Assembly (NCBI GenBank): GCA_036803685.1
Contig: DAIRTX010000010.1
Location: 2,074 to 66,073 of the forward strand
Direction of reading: 5' to 3'
Source of the DNA: Verrucomicrobiota bacterium
Lineage (GTDB): Bacteria; Verrucomicrobiota; Verrucomicrobiia; Limisphaerales; UBA11358
DNA: 64,000 nucleotides
Part shown: positions 57,775 through 64,000 of the stretch, one piece after another
Numbering within the stretch: position 1 is the stretch's first letter
Layout: each line of letters opens with the position of its first letter
Notes under the pieces: generated by a model
Database searches by the model: none
What the model was told of the DNA's origin: nothing
Seen by the model: only the letters and a program-made list of their open reading frames with translations
Program-made: the position numbers and the translations under genes

Positions 57775-58629
57775 CTACCGCCCTAATCGTTTGGACAGCT
57801 TTTTGCGGACCTCGTTTTCGAACGCTTTGACAAGTCCTGCGACGTAATCAACGATATCCCCCAATTCATCCGTCACCAGCGGCGTGAGATCCATGCCAAA
57901 GACAAGCTGTGTGGTCTTGTCCGTGGCGTGCGACTCGAAAAATGTTGCATTTGCGGAACGGCGTCCGAGCGTGGCAAGATCGTAGCGCTTGCCGCCGGCG
58001 ATCTGCGAATCAAAAACCCCGTTCAGCGCCGCCGCGAGATTGTCGCGGCCGCTCACGTCCATCAGAACTTTTTCCGCATCCGGCAGCCAATCGAGGTTAC
58101 GCCAGACTTCGCAGCCGATGACCTTTTTCGGGCGCTGGTTGCGCGCCAGTTCGCGCATCGCCTGGATGGCCGCAACGACCACGCCGATGTGCGTGTCATG
58201 TTTGTCCGCCGGATTGTGGGTATAGACAACTTGCGGACGTGTCTGACCCAAAATCAACTTCAGATCGTCTTTCAGGCCGGTGTCGGACGATGATTTTACA
58301 GCGCTGCTGGGGTAGTCGATCTGAATCATGACGCCATATTGCCCGATGGTCGCGGCGGTGTTCTGCTCGCGCCGGCGCACGGCCATCATTTGCGCGTCGG
58401 TGTATTTCTCATAGACGCCGGTCCGCGCGCTGCCGGAGCCGTTGGTGCAGGTGACGCCGCCGAACCATTTTTCCGCGCTGGCATAACAGGCGAGTATCCC
58501 GTGAAAGGCCATGAATTCCAGATCATCCTGGTGCGCGCCGATACCGAGGTGCGTGATGCGTTGAAGCGCCATGCCGACGGGCTGACCGTCTGGCACGAAA
58601 ATTTCCGCGGTTGAGTTGTGAAGTTTCAT
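57775..58629 (-). CDS. PIG-L/LmbE-family N-acetylglucosaminyl deacetylase
   Basis: 284 aa. 'HLGIGAHQDDLEFMAFHG' and 'HNPADKHDTHIGV' are zinc-binding motifs of the family. Confidence 0.85.
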   Translation of the reverse strand: MKLHNSTAEIFVPDGQPVGMALQRITHLGIGAHQDDLEFMAFHGILACYASAEKWFGGVTCTNGSGSARTGVYEKYTDAQMMAVRRREQNTAATIGQYGVMIQIDYPSSAVKSSSDTGLKDDLKLILGQTRPQVVYTHNPADKHDTHIGVVVAAIQAMRELARNQRPKKVIGCEVWRNLDWLPDAEKVLMDVSGRDNLAAALNGVFDSQIAGGKRYDLATLGRRSANATFFESHATDKTTQLVFGMDLTPLVTDELGDIVDYVAGLVKAFENEVRKKLSKRLGR

Positions 58630-58640
58630 AATATCATTTT

Positions 58641-59360
58641 TCAGTCCCGACTTTGGGCTTCATTTGCCGCAAAATCGAATCGCAGAGCACCCCATTCCCC
58701 CTGCCGATGGAAGTCCGCCTTTGCATGTGGCGAGGTGGAGGAAATCACCGGCTCGGCTCGTCCGCGCGTGTAATCATAGCGGCTGAATGAGAATTTCCAC
58801 GCTGAACCGGCCCGCGATTGCCCATTTTCGCAAACGGATCGAAACGGAATTCGAGCCAGAACGAACCATTTCTTTTCCTTCGGACACAACCAGATTTGCG
58901 AGTAAAATGCTTTTTTGCGAATCACAAAATCCGCCGCCGAACCGGCTTTGCGCGCCATCGCCACCGCTTTCGCATTTGGATAACGCAATTGCAAACGGCG
59001 GTTGTTCGGCGCTACTTGAAGCTCGAGATATGACTCCTGCTTGGCCGGTCGCAGAAAGATTTCGAAGGTGTCACCAAGCTCCCACAAACGTTGATTGTGC
59101 GCCGTCGCCTGCGTGAAAATGTCCGCATCGGTCAATTCCGCAAACACAAATAATCCGTCGAGGCGCCAGCCGGAACGGACGGTCATCGGGGCAAAATTCG
59201 GATCGGGTTTCGCCAGCCAGCCTTGTTGCGATGACACTGGCGTCGCCGGATCGAATGCCAGGCGCACATTCGCAAGGTCGTCCGGATCAAACGCCGGCAA
59301 TTCAGGACAGAGGGCAAGTGGTGGTTGAATTGGAACGATTTTCTTCGTCATGGCAGCCAT
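58641..59360 (-). CDS. Carbohydrate-binding-family-9-like (DOMON-like) protein
   Basis: 239 aa. 'LFVFAELTDADIF...NQRLWELGDTFEIFLRP...YLELQVAPNN' resembles the CBM9-like sugar-binding fold. The assignment is tentative. Confidence 0.55.
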   Translation of the reverse strand: MAAMTKKIVPIQPPLALCPELPAFDPDDLANVRLAFDPATPVSSQQGWLAKPDPNFAPMTVRSGWRLDGLFVFAELTDADIFTQATAHNQRLWELGDTFEIFLRPAKQESYLELQVAPNNRRLQLRYPNAKAVAMARKAGSAADFVIRKKAFYSQIWLCPKEKKWFVLARIPFRSVCENGQSRAGSAWKFSFSRYDYTRGRAEPVISSTSPHAKADFHRQGEWGALRFDFAANEAQSRD

Positions 59361-60740
59361 TCATTTTCTGATTGCCGGCAGACTCGCAGCGGCCACGGCC
59401 TGGCCGACGCGGCGGCTTTTTTCGTCGGGAACGTGCAGTTTTATTTTCGCCGCGATTTCGGGAAATTCCGCCTTCAACACTTCAAGCGCCTTGGCCAGCA
59501 TAATGTCACCTCCCCGGCCCGTCGTGACGCGACCCAGGATGAGCAGGTGTTCAAAATCGTAAAAGTCGGCGTAGTGCAGAATTGTATAGCCCAGATAAAC
59601 CCCGATGGTCTCGTAAATCTTCGCAGCGCGTCCGTCGCCCCTGGCCATGAGGTTTTGGACTGCCTTGAGACGTTCAGGCAGGCCCAATTCCTTCGGCAAA
59701 TCAATTTTGGCCGCTGGCAACAACTTGTTGACCGCTTGTTGCGAAAAATAAAGCGCACCAACACCCCGGTCGCCCGACCATTCATCGGCGGTGGCTTTCG
59801 GATTATAATCCACCGGGGCAAAGGCCAGTTCGCTCAACCAGCCGGTCGTGCCACCTTTGGCATTGATGAAGCCGGCGGCTTCGCTCGAACCCATCGCAAT
59901 GCCCAACATTCCATCGGTCTTGAGCGACATTACTCCGGCCAGCGCCGTCACGTCGCCGTCGTTGGCCACTTCCAGCGGCACCTTCCATTCGTCACGGAGG
60001 CGCAGAAAAATGTTCTTGGCCGCGTCAAATTTTTCCCTCGGCACGGCGCGAAACAACGTTGCCACCATGATCTTGTTGTCCACAATCACACCCGCCGAAC
60101 TGCCGCCAATGGCATCCACGCGCGGCAAATGCGCCGCGGCTTTCTTCAATCCACCATTCAAATGTTCGTAATGGTAATTCGGATCGGTTTGGTCTTTGGG
60201 ATTCCACGGAAATTCGTCGCAGAAAACCACTTCACCGTTTTTGACCGCAGCGACTTTGTAATCGCTCGCGCCCAAATCAAACCCGATCCGGCAGCCGTCC
60301 AAGTGGCCACCAACCGCAGCGGTCATTTCCTTTTCGGCAGGCACGGACGCGGCGTCCACCTCCAGCACTTCAAACGAACGCTCATACACCCGCCCCATCA
60401 GATCCGCATCAAAGTGCCGTTCGCCAAATTTGGCATAACAACGTTGAATATGTTCACCGATTTTGCGCGGACCACCGACCCAAATCCGCCAACCACCTCG
60501 GGCCCAGAGCAGAAATTTCACGAGCCGCTCGGCGTAACGCAGCGTGTCCGGATCTGCTTCGGATTTCACCATGGTCTCGTAGCGTGAAATGAAACCGCCT
60601 TCGCGGTCGAGGCCGATGATGAGCGGAACCGCCTGGCCGGATTTTTTGGCGGCGGCGAGGTAATGCCGGTTGAACAGCGACGCCGGTTGAAAATCCGGAT
60701 CGAGCGGCGCGATAATTTTTGGCGGCGATGACATTTTCAC
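59361..60740 (-). CDS. ROK/ASKHA-superfamily sugar-kinase-like protein with N-terminal extension
   Basis: 459 aa. 'RIGFDLGASDYKVAAV', 'IGGSSAGV' and 'EVANDGDVTALAG' are actin-fold ATPase/ROK-like motifs. It has a zero-nt gap and a 4-nt overlap with its neighbours. Confidence 0.6.
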   Translation of the reverse strand: MKMSSPPKIIAPLDPDFQPASLFNRHYLAAAKKSGQAVPLIIGLDREGGFISRYETMVKSEADPDTLRYAERLVKFLLWARGGWRIWVGGPRKIGEHIQRCYAKFGERHFDADLMGRVYERSFEVLEVDAASVPAEKEMTAAVGGHLDGCRIGFDLGASDYKVAAVKNGEVVFCDEFPWNPKDQTDPNYHYEHLNGGLKKAAAHLPRVDAIGGSSAGVIVDNKIMVATLFRAVPREKFDAAKNIFLRLRDEWKVPLEVANDGDVTALAGVMSLKTDGMLGIAMGSSEAAGFINAKGGTTGWLSELAFAPVDYNPKATADEWSGDRGVGALYFSQQAVNKLLPAAKIDLPKELGLPERLKAVQNLMARGDGRAAKIYETIGVYLGYTILHYADFYDFEHLLILGRVTTGRGGDIMLAKALEVLKAEFPEIAAKIKLHVPDEKSRRVGQAVAAASLPAIRK

Positions 60741-62398
60741 TTGAGTAGATTTGATTCCGGCGTCTCAACGGCTGCGTGGCGATAATTAATGTTCAACTCA
60801 TCGAGCCGCTGCGCCTGGATTTGCAACCGGCGCATGAAGTCGTCCCAGTCGCGCGAATCTTTGGCCGACCAGGTGACTTCCGCGAGCGCGCAGGCGCGCG
60901 GGAAGGTCATGTATTCCGCGTGTTTCAAGTTGGGAATCTGTTCCGTCCACAAGTTGCCCTGGGCGCCGAGGATGTGCGATTGCAACTGCGGCGGCACATT
61001 CGTGGGCATGGGGTCGAAGGCATACATTCGATTCAACGTCAGCGGCCCGCCCCAGGCGGCGGCCTTTGGCTCGGTGACATGATTGCTCGACTGGTAGAAG
61101 TCGAAATAACAATATGCCGTCGGCGTCATCACCACGTCGTGACCGGCCTCCGCCGCTTCCTTCGCGCCGCCAATCCAGTCCATGACCGCCGCATTTTTGG
61201 CGAGGCCGCCCTGCAAAATTTCGCTCCAGCCAATCATGGAGTGCCCGTGCGCGTTCACGATTTTTTCAATGCGGCGGATGAACCAGCTCTGCAACTCCTC
61301 CTCGTCTTTCAGCCCTTCGCGTTTCATGAGCGCCTGGCAGTCCGCGCTGTTGTGCCAGGTTTCCTTCGGCACCTCGTCGCCGCCAATGTGGATGTATTGG
61401 CCGGGAAACAGTTGCGCCACTTCGGTCAGCACGGCGGCCAAAAACTGGAACGTCTCTTCCTTGGCCGGGTCGTAAATACCGTTGAAAATGCCGGCGGTCA
61501 TAGAAGGTTCAAACGGCCCGCCCGTGCAACTGAATTGCGGATACGCCGCCAGCGCCGCCGTCGAGTGACCGGGCATTTCGATTTCCGGCACGATGGTGAT
61601 GTGCCGCGCCGCCGCGTATTTCACCACGTCGCGAATGTCGTCCTGCGTGTAAAATCCGCCGTAACGTCCGTCCGGGCCGTAAGCGGTGGTGGACTTGGGG
61701 TCAAAGCCGAAGCCGCCGCCCGCGCGCCACGCGCCGACCTGGGTGAGCCTGGGATATTTTTTGATTTCAATGCGCCAGCCGTGATCGTCCGTCAGATGCC
61801 AGTGAAACACGTTCATTTTATGCAACGCCATCGCGTCGAGAAAAGTTTCGACTTCGGACTTGCTGAAAAAATGACGGCTCACGTCGAGCATGAATCCACG
61901 CCACTTGAAGCGCGGCCAGTCCTCAATTTGAACGCAGGAAATCTGCCAAGCCACATTGTGCACGGGGTTCGGGGAAAAAATTTCTGGCGGCAGCAATTGC
62001 AACAACGTTTGCACACCGTAAAACAAACCCGCCTGCGTCGGCGCGCGAATCACGATTGAATCCGGGGCAACGGTGAGCTCGTAACCTTCGGGGCCGAGAT
62101 TCGTATCCGCATTTTTGGTCGTCAGCAAAATGCCGCCGGGGATGGCCGCGCCGCCAAAGAATTTCGTGCTGGTCTTGAACGGATAACCGGTGGCTGGGCG
62201 CAGTCGTTCCGTCAGAAATTTTCCGGTCGCGCGCGAGGCGGAATCCACATAGATGCGCGTGTCGGCGATGAGCTTGAACGCGCCAGCGTGCCGCTCCACT
62301 TTTTGCGGCAGCGGAATGACGGCCGGGCCGTCCGCGTTACTGGCGAAAACAGCAGCGGCAAGAAATAGAAAAAAAGTTGCGGCGATTTTGGATTTCAT
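60737..62398 (-). CDS. Beta-N-acetylhexosaminidase (GH20), secreted
   Basis: Start at MKSKIAATFFLFLAAAVFA (signal peptide; the track ORF extends to 62674 and overlaps the upstream gene). 'RGFMLDVSRHFF', 'HWHLTDDHGWRIEIKKYP' and 'HIGGDEV'. Confidence 0.92.
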   Translation of the reverse strand: MKSKIAATFFLFLAAAVFASNADGPAVIPLPQKVERHAGAFKLIADTRIYVDSASRATGKFLTERLRPATGYPFKTSTKFFGGAAIPGGILLTTKNADTNLGPEGYELTVAPDSIVIRAPTQAGLFYGVQTLLQLLPPEIFSPNPVHNVAWQISCVQIEDWPRFKWRGFMLDVSRHFFSKSEVETFLDAMALHKMNVFHWHLTDDHGWRIEIKKYPRLTQVGAWRAGGGFGFDPKSTTAYGPDGRYGGFYTQDDIRDVVKYAAARHITIVPEIEMPGHSTAALAAYPQFSCTGGPFEPSMTAGIFNGIYDPAKEETFQFLAAVLTEVAQLFPGQYIHIGGDEVPKETWHNSADCQALMKREGLKDEEELQSWFIRRIEKIVNAHGHSMIGWSEILQGGLAKNAAVMDWIGGAKEAAEAGHDVVMTPTAYCYFDFYQSSNHVTEPKAAAWGGPLTLNRMYAFDPMPTNVPPQLQSHILGAQGNLWTEQIPNLKHAEYMTFPRACALAEVTWSAKDSRDWDDFMRRLQIQAQRLDELNINYRHAAVETPESNLLK

Positions 62399-62403
62399 AA
62401 AGT

Positions 62404-64000
62404 TTAAGATTTTTTCCTGCCTTCGAAATGTTTTTCGATTTCTTCCAGGGTTTTCCCTTTGGTTTCCGGCAAAAAGAAAGCCGCCGTGATGAAATAAATC
62501 ACCGTGCAACCGGCGAACGCGAAGAACATCGTCGAGTAACCATATTTGCCAACGGTCGGCAGAAAGACAGCGGCGATGGTGGTGGAGACGGCCTGATTGA
62601 TGAGCAGCGCAATGCTCATGCCGTTGGAGCGGATGCGCGTCGGCATCAGTTCGGAGAGTGCGAGCCAAACGCACACGCCGGGGCCGACGGCGAAAAACGC
62701 CATGTAAATGTAAAGAAGAATGGCCGTGAACCGGCCGTTTTGCGTGTCCGGCACGGGCGTGATGAGCGCGGCGTCAATTTTCAACGGCGCGGTTTTGGCG
62801 GCGTCGAGATTGCCAAAAGGATTCGAGAAAAAGGCGATGACTTTATTTCCCGGAACGGAATTGGTGCGCGAGAGGTCAATCGGTTTGGCCGTCGCGTCGG
62901 AGCGCATGGCGGGAGTTGCCGCGCTGAAATCGCCGTAGGAATAAATGATGACCAGCGTCGTGGGCGTTGAAGCGTCGAAGCGTCGAAGCGTTGAAGCGGC
63001 TAAAAGATTCGTCGCGGTTTTTTCATTGAACGCGAGCGTGAGCGTTTGATTCGTTGTGACCATTGATTGCACGGCGTCCTTCAGGTCCACCCGCAATTTT
63101 TCCGTTTTATGAAAGAGCAAGCCGACACAAATCATCGAAACGATCACGCCGCCTGTGCCAAGTGAAAGCAAAAATTTCCGGCCTTTGCGGTCCACCAAAA
63201 CGACGGCGATGTAGGTGATCAGGAAATTGACGATGGTGAAAAAGACGTAGCCGAGGTGCGCCCAAAAATCGCTCAAGCCGGCCTGAATGAGAATCGTGGC
63301 GTTGTAGCCAATGATGGAATTGACGCCCGTGAGCTGGTTGCACGCGAGGATGACGCAGGCCAGCATGAACGGGATCACGTATTTGCGGCGCAGCAGAGAT
63401 TCCTTGATTTTATCGCCGGTTGAAGCCTTTGCTTTTTCAGCGGCGACTGTCTCTTCCATTTCCTTCAATTCGATTTCCGCCTGTTCGGCCGTGCGCGAAC
63501 GCAAAAGCGCGGCGCGGGCGGCGTCTTTTTTTCCGCGGCGAAAAAGCCAGCGCGGCGATTCGGCCACCATGAAACTGCCGATGACAAACAGAATTCCCGG
63601 CGGCAGCGAAACCCAGAAGATGCTGCGCCAGGCGATGTCCTGTGCCGCAAACAACTTTTGGGCGTCGCCGAGTTTGGCTACCACATCCACGCGATGGCTG
63701 AAATACAGGCTGATAAACGCCGCGGCGACGATGCCCAGCGTCAGCAGCCACTGAAAAATTCCCGTGCCTTTGCCGCGATCCGCCGCGCCGAGACATTCCG
63801 CAAGATAGAGCGGCACCACGACGCCGATGAGTCCGGCGCTGATGCCTTGCAGCAACCGGCCCAGAACCAGCGCTTCGTAGCCATGCGCCAGCGCAATCAT
63901 CGGGATGCTGATGACAAACAGAATGCCGCTCAACGCCATCATTTTTTTGCGCCCCAGCCGGTCGGCCAGCAGGCCGGCAAAAAGGGTTGAGATCACACTG
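62404..64000 (-). CDS. MFS sugar-porter-family transporter (5' end beyond the window) with a ~125-aa insertion between TM9 and TM10
   Basis: 'DRLGRKKMM', 'VAESPRWLFRRGK', 'DRKGRKF' and 'PETKGKTLEEIE' are sugar-porter signatures. The N-terminus is cut by the window edge. Confidence 0.9.
   Translation of the reverse strand, partial: SVISTLFAGLLADRLGRKKMMALSGILFVISIPMIALAHGYEALVLGRLLQGISAGLIGVVVPLYLAECLGAADRGKGTGIFQWLLTLGIVAAAFISLYFSHRVDVVAKLGDAQKLFAAQDIAWRSIFWVSLPPGILFVIGSFMVAESPRWLFRRGKKDAARAALLRSRTAEQAEIELKEMEETVAAEKAKASTGDKIKESLLRRKYVIPFMLACVILACNQLTGVNSIIGYNATILIQAGLSDFWAHLGYVFFTIVNFLITYIAVVLVDRKGRKFLLSLGTGGVIVSMICVGLLFHKTEKLRVDLKDAVQSMVTTNQTLTLAFNEKTATNLLAASTLRRFDASTPTTLVIIYSYGDFSAATPAMRSDATAKPIDLSRTNSVPGNKVIAFFSNPFGNLDAAKTAPLKIDAALITPVPDTQNGRFTAILLYIYMAFFAVGPGVCVWLALSELMPTRIRSNGMSIALLINQAVSTTIAAVFLPTVGKYGYSTMFFAFAGCTVIYFITAAFFLPETKGKTLEEIEKHFEGRKKS
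62967..62998. repeat. Octanucleotide array (TYGAAGCG)x4 inside the MFS sugar-porter loop region
   Basis: TTGAAGCG TCGAAGCG TCGAAGCG TTGAAGCG read directly. It encodes 'AASTLRRFDAST'. Confidence 0.88.

Noticed and set aside
62399-62674. The N-terminal 92-codon extension of the GH20 ORF (track 60737..62674).
   Set aside because: It overlaps the 3' end of the MFS gene and translates to low-complexity sequence. The internal ATG at 62398 gives a canonical signal peptide.

Overview
High-G+C (about 60% by eye) bacterial chromosomal segment that is mostly housekeeping. Gene content and repeat style suggest a PVC-superphylum, probably Verrucomicrobiota-like, genome; this is inference, not a search result. 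I can support about 55 protein genes, including uppP, recG, guaA, bamD/lptE-like, murA, prmC, rpoD, waaA, mfd, trmB, uvrB, corA, rpsA, folA, thyA, ruvX, truA and trmL. Also supported are an ECF sigma factor with a fused membrane/periplasmic extension, a Ser/Thr kinase, a sulfatase operon and a GlcNAc/hexosaminide utilisation operon at the right edge. There are two tRNAs, tRNA-Met(CAU) on the minus strand and tRNA-Pro(CGG) on the plus strand. I see no rRNA, CRISPR array, transposase, integrase or prophage. The most unusual property is a dense population of several families of about 55-205 bp palindromic (REP/MITE-like) elements and 7-8 nt tandem arrays. These fill the intergenic spacers and also sit in frame inside intact conserved genes: recG, mfd (at least 6 sites), uvrB, prmC (2 sites), the truA 3' end and an MFS sugar porter. 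The situation resembles the Rickettsia palindromic elements. Copies inside genes have near-identical intergenic copies in the same window, and hairpin stems show compensatory substitutions. Secondary items are a translationally coupled REC-DUF4388/Roadblock-like module, a Ser-type sulfatase in an operon with an AmpG-like permease and a large unknown membrane protein, and a candidate structured RNA with an intrinsic terminator. There is also a small AT-rich islet and a decayed region holding three gene remnants. All family assignments come from motif recognition by eye; no database searches were run.
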